Shown one piece after another: positions 51,411 to 64,000 of a stretch of 64,000 bases of DNA; position 1 is the stretch's first letter, and each line of letters starts with the position of its first letter. The notes beneath the pieces are model-generated. The model was not told where the DNA came from. It saw only the letters and a list, made by a program, of their open reading frames with translations, and did not search any database. This DNA comes from Lingula anatina. Its lineage: Eukaryota > Animalia > Brachiopoda. The DNA lies in NCBI GenBank assembly GCA_051362555.1, contig CM120640.1, positions 64,768,788 through 64,832,787 on the forward strand, given 5' to 3'. A program made the translations under genes and the position numbers.

Positions 51411-53753
51411 CTAGTTTTGTTTCACAGAATAATCGTAGCCATAAATTTCGGCGTCTCTTCTATAAAGCTCCCAAATCTTTTGAACAATCCCTGGACTTAA
51501 CTGCTTATAATATTTGTCCATGAAAGTCGCAGTTTTTGAAGACTTGTTAAAAGACGGATATCTTATTTGAGATCCTATCATATCTAAAATGTTATTGGAG
51601 TCTGTTTCAAGAGTTTCGTACTTTCCAATGACATCATAATCTATAGAACATGGATGACATAGATTATCGTACGTCCTCCAATGAATATCGATATTCTTTT
51701 TACCCCATTCAGTCTTGGTCTCGTCTAACAGATAATTGATAAATTCCTGAAAAGTCACACTCCGTCCAGTTTTTAAGGCATCTTCGGACGGGTTCTTCCT
51801 ATATTTTTTAAGAATTCTTTTTCCCAGCCATAGTAGGTATGGGTCGTGGTCATCTTCAAGTTTATCCACGTAAGCCGACACGACGCGCTCCATCGGGTGT
51901 CTAACCATCATAAACTTCAGATAGTTCTGCAGACGATATTTCCTCCCGTACTCGTTGAACCTGGCAAGAGGGGTGACAAAGGAAAGAACCCTCATGTGAA
52001 CATCTTCCTGCGATAGACTCATCGCTTCAGTATAATTATAATTATGTGTCAAATAGAGAAGTAACTTTTTCCAGTTCGTACAGCCAACTTTTGGCACCTC
52101 ACAGAAAAGGAGTCCGTGTCTGTCGTCGACGTAAAGTTGTGTTATCTGTCCTATATCTGAGATATTAAAAGGCTTGGGTATTCCAAAGGATCTACACATC
52201 TCTTTTGCGTACTGCTTTCTTCTATTGTTTTCCAATTTCCAGTGTTCCGGTACTGCATCCCATTTTGTGGTTTTCTTATAGATAAAGTAATTAAGATGTC
52301 ATCATTATTATCAATATCAAATACCAACAAAAGAAAGCTTGCAAAATTGTCGAACTGAATTTGAATGTTATTTATATAATGCTCCTTAAGCGTAAGAAAC
52401 AACCACTTTTAGTTCAAATTACCACTGCTGCTTTGCAACGAAGTTCTTTTGGGTATAGGATGTTTAGAACGGACAGCGTGGTGGACTAACAGGAATATTT
52501 ATTTCGACTGAAGTGTGAAGAATGGTGTCATGATTTGAATCTTTTTAGATAAATTCTTCACACATCAGAAGTGCTGATTTCTTACTCGAGGCTTTGTTTT
52601 CAGTAAATAGGGTAAATCGTGGGCCTCTTCATTCTACACAAGGACCCATCAAACTAGTATATATGATAGATCCTATAGTTCTACACATATGTGCCAGTCA
52701 TTCTCGACATGTGACGCAAATTTCAATCATCCTTGCTTATATTTTTAAAATTGAAAAAAAAAAAATTGTTAGTGGCAGAGGATTATACATGTAATATGAC
52801 AAGTATACAATTTTGGATCTCCCATCGTTTATCTAGCTATGTACAGAGAAAACCAATTACAGTTATAGACGAATTTCAACAGATGTTATAAGAATAAAGT
52901 GATTTTTTTCTTCAATCAGTAGCTATATATGAAACTTGTTTACCTCCAATGTTCAGAGCATCTTCATCAGTTAATGAGGTTATCCAGGTGAATATTCGAT
53001 ATAAAAGCTGCTGATTAAAGAAAAAAATAATTTATTCAATAACATTCATACTTTTAAACATATAAAGTCTACGGATTTGCTGCATTACTTACCATGCATG
53101 AAAGGCCATCGTGACTGTCTGAAATTACAACATCAATAAAAAAGTTCATAAGGCATATCGAGCCGGTGCTTTATGTAAGAATTTAAAAAAAAAATCGTTG
53201 TCTCATCCTAACGTACATGCGTTGTTACGTTAATGATTATTTATACGTCTTCAATATTCCCCATACATTGTATATGCAGCGTCTATTATGTGCAGTGTCA
53301 CGTCTAAATGCGCTTGTCTATAAAATTCACAGTGAATCGTCTGCCGGTTGCACTAGAGGTGATTTAGTCAACAGAACAGACAGAATGCGAAATCCGTTTA
53401 CCTCTCATGTCAATCGACATTAGAAAATTCGTAAACCGTAAATTTAGAACATGTAAATTTAGCAATGTGGCTACGTGAAGTTGTTTTAAACAGCCAATGT
53501 CCATGAGAAAATAGACCTACCTGACTTCAACAAGTCCACTTTGGCTACTCAGGTAGTTTTACATTCGAGTATCCACGGTTTTATGTTAAATTACCCAATT
53601 CAAAAGTGACATTCAACATCAAATTTGAGATAATACACTATTGTATTAAATAAACGTTTTCTTACCTCCGACCCCGTTGTTGAATACTAGATGTAAAATG
53701 CTTGTAATGCAGATGCAGAAAACTGCAATAAGGCACACTCTTCGAGTCTGCAT
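51411..53753 (-). CDS. Carbohydrate sulfotransferase (CHST11/HNK-1ST family, Sulfotransfer_2), intact copy
   Basis: Exon 1 MQTRRVCLIAVFCICITSILHLVF is a type II membrane anchor. The large last exon 52274-51411 carries the 5'-PSB FCEVPKVGCTNWK, the 3'-PB VRHPMERVVSAY, and HW...LCHPCSIDYDVIGKYETL. The small stem exons are not fully resolved. Confidence 0.88.
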
Positions 53754-55121
53754 CGTAGCGAGTTAAGATTGTCTCTGCAAGCGCGACAAACTAGTTCATA
53801 AAGTAAATCTCATTGCACAGGAACAAACCCCCATTCACTTTGTGAATGTTCTACTGTGTGCAGACCGTGACGCATCTGCAAATATATTCCCTGCCCAAAG
53901 ACGATATCAACCAAGCCGATCAGTGTCAGCACGCCATCCAGGTTAATCATATGCGCTGCACAGCCTGGAATCTACACTAATTTACTATGTTGATGCTAGA
54001 TTGTGTTAGGATATATTTGTTGATCACCGGATAATGGAGAGACTAAGTTTAGCGTAAGATGATAATTTTGTTCATGCAAATTGTTTAAGAAGGGGATATT
54101 TGCAAAACGAAAATATTTATCTCCTTTCGTTTTTCTTAAACGACGCACTCACACATTTAAAGAACTATGTTACACATGCTACATTTTGATAGCGTTATTC
54201 ATTAGGCTTTAACTTTGTCATAAAGCTGTATTTCGTTTGTCCGATTTACTTTTTCAATGAATCAAATTTTCCACCCACTGCCTATTTAATTTCAAACCTG
54301 GAAATTTGACAAAAAGCTTATTTATTCATTGCATATAGGGCCTATGTTTTATGATGATTTACACGTAGTTATAAATGAAATTATCGTCAAATACATATAC
54401 AGTTAGTTTTTAACGTTTTTTTTATCCTGCCGGTATCACTTAAATACCAACAAACCATAAACTCAGAGGTAATCATCAAGAAGATACTCACTGGTTATTA
54501 TTTTGTTGATTAACGACATAGGCCCCTATAGCAAAAGTAGCTTTATCAATATCATCATTGTCAAAAAAAAATTAAAGAATAAATGTGTTTTTTTTTCCCT
54601 ATGACGTTTTTTGTATGTGGGGTGTCCTCAATCCGATGTTGACCTCAATATTTATTGGATTCCATATTTTTATTTCATTTGGGGCATGGGTACTTTTTCG
54701 GAAAAAATTCCCCTCCTCTCTTAATTTCTCTTACAACGTACCAGCTAATAGTTTATCAAGTCCTAGCGGCAGCCAATGAAAAGAGTACATTTGTCGTACA
54801 TGACATACCAAACATAAATTTAAATGGTTTGATTAAAAAATATGGTCCAAAACAATACACATGTATATATTTTATAAAGAATATTATTACAATTTAAAAA
54901 AAGGATTGAGTATGTTTGCTAAGTTTCAGTATATTGTTCTTGTATTTATGTGTGAGCTTTGCTCAAATTGTATCTGTGGTAGGATTTGTTAATAATGACC
55001 AATCAGATTTAAGTATTTTCTATAAAATAGATCCGGTCCTGTTGCCAGCTGAGCTGTCTGTTCGTCGAGGCATGGAAGCCGGTGGCCGTTCATAAGTTTC
55101 ATCATTCGCTAACTTCTTAGT

Positions 55122-58100
55122 ATGAGTGTATTAGGTACATTATTACAATTGGCACATTTTTTGTTAGCTATAAAAATTTGGATCTGTAGCTGGATTAAAC
55201 ATGTTGCTAAACCATGGGCCCCTTTCAAGGGCAGAGACGTACAGTCATACGATTCCAAATCGTTGAAACGACTTCCAATTCACTTGGGTGTCATCATTCT
55301 AGAGGACAACATATCTTATATAGACATTGCAAACATTATTATATGGTGCATGACACTAGGTATATCATATATATCTGTTTATGATAGAAAAGGTGAGTAC
55401 ATTTAAGTGATGAGTAGTTACTTTAATAACTTGATGCACAATCGACATGTTGCTGACATGCACTGGACTTATCATGAAGATCAGATCATAAGCTACATTG
55501 CCTAACCCAGAGAGAAAAAGTAAAAGTACTATTTTGTATCAGTCACACACACTCAAGGGATTTTCAAAAATGAAACATTCATAAAGTTAAGCTTCTGTGG
55601 TGATAGGTCATATTTTCTAGTGATCATCACCTAATATTTATTATTGATAAATTATGATTCTAACATCCCAACTGGCTTTATTACTTAAATTTTATGTTCA
55701 TGGGTTAATATAGTTTTCTTGCAAACAACTTCTAAAGATCAGTATTATTTACAAGTGTTGTCATTTGGTTTCAGGTGCAATCAGACAAAACCAAAACCAT
55801 TTAGCAGAAGAAATACATAAAAGGCAAGAAGAATTATATAAAAAACGGCGAGAATCATTTAATATAAATGTATACAATGGACTGTATGATAGTTCGAAAA
55901 ATACAGGTGAGACAATTTGGAATTTGTAATAAAATCCTTTTTTATGACTATTCTTGTAATTCTTTATTTACAAAAGTCATTTATTAATATGCAAAATGTA
56001 ATTACCTGAAGTGACCTGCGTGGACACTGGTCAGTTAATTAATTAATATAAGACTCAGTGTTGTGTACTTTTTATGTACAGACACAGATTTGTCTGTACA
56101 TATAGCCATCATCTGCGTCTGTCGTCGCCGTCGCCGTGCACTTTAACCGTAAACACGATAAGTGAAAAGCCATTTTACCTTTTGGCTTGAAACTTACAGA
56201 ACTGATGAATATTCATAATACGCCGGTCAAGTTCGAAAATCAGCATGATTGGGCCATTTTTAGGGAAGTTATGCTTTTTTTCACTTTTTTCAGCATATAT
56301 GCAACACCGTAAACACGATAAGTGAAAAACCGTATTACATTTTGGCTTGAAACTTACAGTACTGATGAATATTCATAATACGCCAGTTAAGTTCGAAAAT
56401 CAGCATGATCGGGTCATTTTTAGGAAAGTTATGCTTTTTTTTCACTTTTTCAGCATATATGCAACACCGTAAACACGATAAGTGAAAAACTGTATTACAT
56501 TTTGGCTTGAAACTTACATTACTGATGAATATTCATAATACGCCGGTTAAGTTCGAAAATCAGCATGATCGGGTAATTTTTAGGGAAGTTATGCTTTTTT
56601 TCACTTTTTTCAGCATATATGCAACACCGTAAACACGATAAGTGAAAAACTGTATTACATTTTGGCTTGAAACTTACATTACTGATGAATATTCATAATA
56701 CGCCGGTTAAGTTCGAAAATCAGCATGATCGGGTAATTTTTAGGGAAGTTATGCTTTTTTTTCACTTTTTTCAGCATATATGCAACACCGTAAACACAAT
56801 ATAAGAAAAACAGATTGGCCAATTGTCATTGTACTCACAGGAGTGGTCAATCTTACTAAAATGCAGGTTGAGTTCAAAATTCAGTATAATTGGGCCATTA
56901 TTTTAGGAGTTATGCTGTTTTTTCACAATTCCTCAGATTCAATTCTTAGGCATGTTAATAGTCTCATAATTGAACTAATAAGAAATGTAAAAGTGTTTGT
57001 TTGATATTTCCTGCATCTTTACAACATTTTTAGCTGATTATGTAAAAATGATGGTAAACTTGTTATCGTGTATTGTGTAATAAAGTGTCAAAAATGGAAA
57101 TAAACTCATATCATTGCAGTTTGTCAGATGCATTCATCCACTATGTTCAGAATCTCAGAATGGAGGAAATTGGACATTTAACACTGTTCTATTGATACTT
57201 TTCCCATCTCATCAATTTTCTTCATTGGTCATATAAAAATTGCAGTAAACTGTTTATTTTGTTTTATGTTAAAATAGTGTTAAAAATGGAAATAAACCCA
57301 TTTCAGAACAGTGCTGTCTTGTTTACATTTTGGCATTTTCAATATGTGACTTTAAAGTTCCATGGGCCTGAAGACTTTTGCTAGTCACATTTTCTGAATA
57401 ACCATGATACTAATATTTTATAATTAAAAATTGATGGTTATTATGCTGCAAAACATTATGTAATGTTGCATCAAAATTTGAAGAAACCCCTATTTTGGGC
57501 ACTGCTCCCATGATGACCATTTAAGGAAAATCATGTCAATTACTGTTCTCAAACTTACAGGAAAGAAACATGGGTCTAAAATACAGCTTCAGTAGACAAT
57601 GCAGTCTGTTTGGTAAATTTTCTGGCAATTAAACAGTTTTTTGTGAAAATTTAATTTCTTACTTATTGGCATTTCCAAGGTGTGACTTAGAACCTCCACG
57701 GACTTGAAGACCCATGCTAGTCACATTTTCTTAAAATCCATGACAGGTATAATTTATTATGAAAAATGGATGGTCATTATGCTGTAAAACATTATGTAAT
57801 ATTGCATCAAAATTTGAAGAAACCCCTATTTTGGGCACTGCTCCCATGATAACCATTTAAGGAAAGTCATGTCACTTACTGTTCTCAAACTTACAGGAAA
57901 GAAACATGGGACTAAAATACAGCTTCAGTAGGCAGTGCAGTCTGTTTGGTAAATTTTTCTGGTAGTTAAGCAGTTTTTTTGTGAAAATTTAATTTTTCAC
58001 ATATTGGCATTTTCAATATATGACTTTGAAGTTCCATGATCCTGAAGACCTTTGCTTGTCACATTTTCTGAATATGCGTTATACTAATATTTTATAATTA

Positions 58101-59423
58101 AAAATTGATGGTCATTATGCTGTTAAACATTATGTAATGTTGCATCAAAATTTGAAGAAACCCCTGTTTTGGGCACTGCTCCCATGATGACCATTTAAGG
58201 AAAATCGTGTCAATTACTGTTCTCAAACTTACAGGAAAGAAACATGGGTCTAAAATACAGCTTCAGTAGGCAATGCAGTCTGTTTGGTAAATTTTTCTGG
58301 CAATTAAACAGTTTTTTGTGAAAATGTAATTTTTCACATATTGGCATTTCCAAGGTGTGACTTAGAACCTCCACGGGCTTGAAGACCCATGCTAGTAACA
58401 TTTTCTGAAAATTCATGACACTTATATTTTATTATTAAAAATCGATGGTCATTATGCCGTTAAGCATTATGTAATGTTGCATCAAAATAGAAGAAAACAC
58501 AATTTTGGGTGCTGCTGCCTTGATGACCATTATGGGAAAACTGTGTTACTTATGACTGTCAAACTTTCAAAAAAGAAACACAGGACTAAAATGCAGCCTG
58601 AGTTGGAAAAGCAGTCTAATTGGCTTCTTTTTCTGGAAGCTATACATTTTAGTGTAATATTCATTATCTTTTTGGCATATTCATTGTGGGATACAGAGCT
58701 CCCATGGACATGAAGCCGAATGGTAATCATATTTTCTACATGTCCATCCTATTTATAGTCAATAAACAAAAATTGGTGATAATTATTCTCTAATTTATTA
58801 TGTAATGTTACATCAAAATTGACAACAATCTTTTTGCACTGCTACTGCAAACATTATGAAAAGAAAACTGTGCTACTTATTATCATTTTTAACTTACAAG
58901 TATGATTTTTAGGATTGGCCTTCAGCTCATATGAGAAAACCAGCTCTATTGGATTATCATTTTTATTGAATTTATGCATTTTTTGTGAAATTTTCATTTT
59001 TCTCATTCTGGCACTTTCTAAGTATAAACTTGAACTCCGATGGGCCTGAAGCCTTATGCTTTTAATTTCGTCTGTGTTACCTGTTGTGCATAAGTTGATG
59101 TTGACTGTGCAGTTAAACATAATGTATTATTGCATCAGGATTGGTAGTCTCCTATTTTGGGCATTATGGTTTTGTGCTTTTCTTAAAGTGTGACTTATGG
59201 GCCTAAAGACCTTTGAGTGGGTCAGTCTGTAAATTACCCTTGGGTATCACTAGATTAATTTCAGAGTTATTTGCCTTAATAGGCCATTAAATGAGATTAC
59301 ATAAAGCACACTTGTTGATATTTCCCTGTAAACTCCCAAAGGTAAAGCTCTCTGCTAGATTAATAATAAGGAAGCAGTGATAATTATGCAGGTAAATTTT
59401 GTTTAATATTGCAAATAAGTTTT

Positions 59424-59480
<57 letters not shown>

Positions 59481-62349
59481 AACTGGAAGATTAAAAGTTT
59501 GAATAGCATCTTCATTGGAATTATATTTACCTCAAGCTCTGCCAAGGAGGTCATATTTTCACCCCCGTTTGTCTGTCATCCACATAACACAAAAAGTTAT
59601 GGACTGATTTTGCAGAAATTTTCAGGAACTGTCGGAAGTGGGCCAAAGAGGACAATGATTAATTTTTGGTGGTGGTCTGGAACAATAATCAATCAATTAT
59701 CAATAATAATCAACAATTGCTGCCTTGGCAGAGGTCTGCACTCTCAAAGTGCTTTTCTAGCTTTGTTATGTTTTCCTTTATAATTTTTTCTCAAACACTT
59801 GCATTTGTGACTTTTAACTCTCATCTGCCTGGGGCTCTGCACATTTTCTGTATTTCCACATAAGCAGTTGTATTGTTTTTTATGTCTTTAAACATTATGT
59901 AATATTATTTTATGCACTGTCATCATTTTTCAAATATTGACAGTTTCATAATGTGAATTTGAACTCTCATGGTTCTGAAACTGTAATTTTATTGAAGGGG
60001 TGGACCATCTTCTGGGTCTTCCTGAATACAGTCAGGTTATTAAGTTTATATTGACTGGTATCTGTTTTTTTCTGTTGGAAGACCATCAAAATGGAGGATG
60101 GATCAACATAGATACTTTGTAATACTGTCAGAAAATATCTCTGGGTCCGCTCCTGTTATTGACCATGTTACCTGTTGTGCAAGATTAAAATTCAGTGTTG
60201 ACTGACAGTGCTATTATAAGCATTATTTATTATTGCATCAAAATTGACAAAATGACCTTTTTTGCATCTTTATTTTCTGTTTTTTTGTCTGTACATTTGA
60301 CAGCTTTGCTGCCTTGTTATTTCAAGCAAACACATTTACTCTATCCTGGAACTCTACTTAACATTTTCCAGCCATTTTGAAAGAGTTATATTAAGGATAC
60401 AGCTAGCTGTACATCAGGGGCGTGGCTCTTTGGGCGTGTCTGCCGGGCACTACCCACCACTTAAGTTGTCTGACGATGGTCATTCTAGCTTCCTGGGACT
60501 CTAAGGAACATTTTCCAGTTATTTTTTTGGAGTTAAATTTTGGGCATGCTAGCTGTACATTGAGGGTGTGGCTCTTTGGGTGTGTCTGCCGGGCACTACC
60601 CACCACTTAAATTGTCTGTCGATGGTCATTCAACTTTCCTGGGACTTTAAGGAACATTTTCCAGTTATTTTTTTAGGGTTAACTTTTAGGTCATGCTAGC
60701 CGGATTTCCACCCCCTATAAATCAGGGTCTGCCAGCCACACCCCACCACTCAATTTGTCTGTCAGTATCTATTTAATATATCTGAGACCATGCTGAAAGA
60801 CCCCCAATAGGTTTCTAAGGGTTCTCCTAAAAAGTACTGCTAGCTGGATTTGAGGGGCCTTTGTTTTGGACCCCCCTGACCACACCCACCACTGGAAATA
60901 TGGCAGACTGCCATTTTCATACATGGGTAAGCATGTAAGTCATTGCCAGGTACAAGAAAATTGGTGATCTTTTCAGGCTTGCTCAACCCTCTGGGTTCCC
61001 GGACTTATTTGTAGCCAATGCAAAAAAAGGGCTAAAATTCTTTTTGGACTAGTATTTTTTTCTGTTTTTGACAATCATTTTCATATTTTACAGCAGATGT
61101 AGTACAGGCCTATGATCCCAAAAGCTAAAGCTGTACTGCAAATGCTGTTTAAGTTAATCTTTATTTTGCTGTGAAATTTTCATTCATTAAAGGATCATCC
61201 AGTAGTAACAGCTCAGATGTTCAGCTGCTGTCTGAGGAGGACGGCCAGCTCAGTCTTGTTCAGGTAGCCAAAGAAATCAGCAAATCAGTGAAGGAGAAAA
61301 GATGGAAGGTAGAGGATGTATCCCTGCAAAATGTAGAAAATTACCTACTAGGTATTTTTTCTTTGGTGTTTTGATTTTTATTTTCAGTAAGATAACAGAA
61401 CGTAGCATGTCTTGGATTAACAATCTTATATTGAATGTCTTTTTACTTTTCTGCATACTGTTTTATGTAAAACTTATTTTGTTTGTTAGTTTGACATGAT
61501 ATGTTTTGATTTTGTAATTTCACTCTGTCATATTTTTCTGATCTACTGTATCATATAAAGCATATATCAGAGAAACCTACACTGACTCCAGCTACGATTG
61601 ACCTTTGTCAATATTTTCCTTTTTTTTTTTTTTTCAGAAAAGTCACGTTTTCCAGACCCTGATCTAGTGATTAAATTTGGTGCTGCAGAATGTTTAATGG
61701 GATTTCTTCCATGGCAAATTCGTCTCACTGAGTTTTTGTAAGTTGTCATTTCTTGTTAAGGAGATTATAAACTATTTGCTAGGTATACATTGCAGTTGCA
61801 TTTGTATTATTATGTACTATTTCTAGGTGCAATATTAAATACTGGGGTAGCGCTAACACTCGCCAATTTAGCCAAATGCTAAAATTGGCTTAAATTGGCT
61901 AAAGAAAAAGGGCTTGATTTGACGTTTTAGCCAAATTATAACCATTTTGATAACAAATTGACAAAAATGTGGTGATTTGGCTAAGTGAAAAAAATTGCTA
62001 GTGCTACCCCAGAAATACAGTTTATCCACTAGATCAATGATTTGTATTTAATCATTGAGAGAGATTCCAAAATCCATGACTTTGGATATAAGTATAATTC
62101 CTTTTCGAACAAGGGATCTACAGAATATATGGCATCACACTTAAAAGACATTTTGATCATGTTTTCAATGCAAGAATTGACCTTTTGCACATATTGATTC
62201 AATATGGTGTATGCTCTATGTGAACATTTGCGATGATGTTTCTGCTGCTCTATTTCAGTGTAAGTCCTTCCCACAGAGGTCTCTCCTACAAGACATTCCT
62301 ATCCCTGTTACAAGACTATGGGAACACACAGCAGCGGTTTGGGAAGTGA
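55122..62349 (+). CDS. NUS1: NUS1/Nogo-B receptor, copy B, full length
   Basis: [24 protein letters not shown]... with five in-frame exons (55122, ~55774, ~61193, ~61638, ~62259) ending QQRFGK* at 62349. Confidence 0.92.
56146..56930. repeat. 160-bp satellite-like tandem array (4 homogeneous units plus a diverged fifth)
   Basis: accgtaaacacgataagtgaaaa recurs with ccgt ending at 56150, 56310, 56470, 56630 and 56791. Confidence 0.95.
57330..59060. repeat. ~337-bp tandem array with alternating A/B variants
   Basis: ttggcatt... anchors at ~57330, 57666, 58003, 58341, 58671 and 59008. Units 1/3 and units 2/4 share diagnostic variants. Confidence 0.85.
59527..59762 (+). mobile_element. Small nested Helentron-type non-autonomous element
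   Basis: SubTIRs CTCTGCCAAGG ... CCTTGGCAGAG, a 3' hairpin GCACTctcaaAGTGC and a CTAG end. Confidence 0.65.
60339..61010. mobile_element. Copy-B-specific insertion with ~147-bp internal repeats
   Basis: Absent from copy A. gctagc-anchored repeats occur at ~60402, 60548, 60696 and 60839, and there is a 3' hairpin AACCCtctGGGTT near CTTATT. Confidence 0.55.
61842..62012. mobile_element. 171-bp MITE in NUS1-B intron 4
   Basis: TIRs CTGGGGTAGCGCTA / TAGTGCTACCCCAG with a 5-bp TSD AAATA. Absent from copy A. Confidence 0.85.
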
Positions 62350-64000
62350 CGGCCATCACACTGTCACAACTCCTGTGTGTATGTGTACAGATACAATGAA
62401 TAGTATATTATATCAAGTCTGAATACTCCAGAATGTAATGTGAATCTTGAAAGATTACATTTTGAAGGATGATAGTGATAATGTTTGAGGTACAGATATT
62501 TTTTGTGTATTCTTTTAAGAATGATGCATTATTAAATGATGCAGGTTATTTACATACTGTGCACAACTACAAATACTAACAAAAAGAATTTATATTTTGA
62601 ATTATACATTTCATTAAGCCCAATGGTCATATAGAAACATTTGTACAAGTTTACATCGGTCTGGTCTGTGTTTTGAAAATGCAGGTTCATTCCTTATTTG
62701 GATCTTATTGACATCATCATGGTGTTTCTTTATACAATCTGGAGAGGTTTGTCGAGTAAGTTCACTTGATATGTATAATTTTTATTTAGTATCCCAAAAG
62801 GTTATCAAGAAATAAAAATTATCACTTTAATATACAGTGGCATCAAACCCTAATAAAGAGGAAATGGTTTAACACTGAGAAGGTAACGGGACTGTATGAA
62901 AATGCCCGTTGCAACTATGCTTTTATCATCTTGTAACGGTTAATGAATGTTTGACAAAATTGTCTGGGACACCAAATTTTTGTAATATTTGTTTTTGTAG
63001 TTGAAATAGTCAGAAGAGTTTGAAATCTGTTTTAAATTATGATAGGCAATAAGACAAATACTAGAATCGACATTGAATTACAAGTCTCGTGTTATTAAAA
63101 AGTTCCATAATCAACATCTGAGCTTGTGATCTTGTCTTATTTTCTGTTTTCCGTTTTGATGAGCAGTAAGCTCACATTGAATTGTATGAGTGCCACTTCA
63201 AATGTGGAAGGAATGATTGAGACGGAGTGGTTGTGCCTTTTTTGCCATGCTGAGTGGGCTTCTTCATTTAAACTGCTGTTGAATTCCACCTGGGGTGGCA
63301 ATTGACGTGAATATACTTTATCTGAAACTTTTATGAATCTTATTGCAGAAAGATACGTTGGGTCAATAAAGACTCTAAATATCGACAAAGTAGTTCTTTG
63401 TTTCTCACACTCATTGTTATCTTTGATGATCTCAAGAAAGAAAAAATTTAACGTGATGCTGAAGGTTATTAAAACAGAAATTGAATTCAATAGCAAATTA
63501 AAAAAAAAATGTTACCTACCATGGATGACCTGGAATATTTATTTCCCCTATAAAAGCAGACACGTATTAATTTCCCCTATAAAAGCAGACACGTATGTGG
63601 GGTTCATGTGTATTTTCTTTTCCTTATTTTGTTTATGAAATTTGACATCGGTATTTTGCGTATGAAACGTGACCAGAATGCGCTATCGAAGCCGACCTAC
63701 GCAGTGCATATAACACAATAATGTAATGGCGTTGGAGTCACAGACGTTATTATTGGTTCACTGATTACCTAAACTGGATTAACTTTACCTGTCATGATGT
63801 ACAAAAGCCAATGACCATTTAGGTGCATTGATCACAAAAGAAAAGTTAAAGTTCGTAATGAGACATATTTTATGCGGCAAATATACTATGTTTTTCTTTT
63901 TCCATTACTTTTACGGTGACTGAATTAAGATTTGCTCCATGTAGAAAAGTGCCTGTTAAATTAGAAAAAAAAAAACCATACATTGTATTCACATGTTATT

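Larger units (their letters stand above)
56072..60318 (+). mobile_element. Non-autonomous Helentron-type element (HINE/DINE-1-like) carrying satellite arrays, in NUS1-B intron 2
   Basis: Inserted in a T-run with no TSD. The 5' end has the subTIR ATGTACAGACA, an adjacent inverted copy and a short CGTC/GTC-type microsatellite. The 3' end has the subTIR TGTCTGTACAT, a hairpin CAGCtttGCTG and CTTGTT. Absent in copy A. Confidence 0.8.
47364..62955 (+). repeat. Tandem segmental duplication, copy B (longer owing to insertions here and deletions in copy A)
   Basis: Homologous to 42960-47366; similarity ends after gaatgtttgac at 62955. Confidence 0.9.

Noticed and set aside
51411-52235. ORF-track start (TTG) for the sulfotransferase
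   Set aside because: It is internal to the last exon; the likely true start is the TM-encoding exon at 53753.
63137-63496. Minus-strand ORF with exon-like boundaries near the window end
   Set aside because: No recognisable homology and no consistent exon chain could be built; it may belong to a gene outside the window.
63542-63596. 29-bp-period direct repeat containing TATAAAA
   Set aside because: Simple local duplication with no evidence of a linked transcript.

Overview
AT-rich, intron-rich animal genomic DNA. The gene set and repeat types suggest an invertebrate, plausibly a mollusc or other lophotrochozoan (inference). From left to right, the window holds: eIF4G2/DAP5/NAT1 (-), which has no usable AUG and starts at a CUG aligned with the vertebrate GUG start; USP47 (-), head-to-head with RPL10A (+) across a ~200 bp promoter, with a C/D snoRNA candidate in an RPL10A intron; a GPI-anchored Ly6/three-finger gene (-); and an unusual modular gene (+). 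That gene encodes an F-spondin-type Reeler domain, Pro/Glu repeats, His/Arg-rich blocks and two cationic anaphylatoxin-like modules, each preceded by an acidic spacer and flanked by dibasic sites. From 42960 to 62955 lies a direct tandem duplication of [last exon of the modular gene - CHST sulfotransferase - NUS1], with reciprocal decay of the two copies. Comparing the copies delimits many insertions: a solo LTR, a Ginger1-like element, MITEs and Helentron-type elements carrying satellite arrays. All splice models were read by hand, and no database search was possible.
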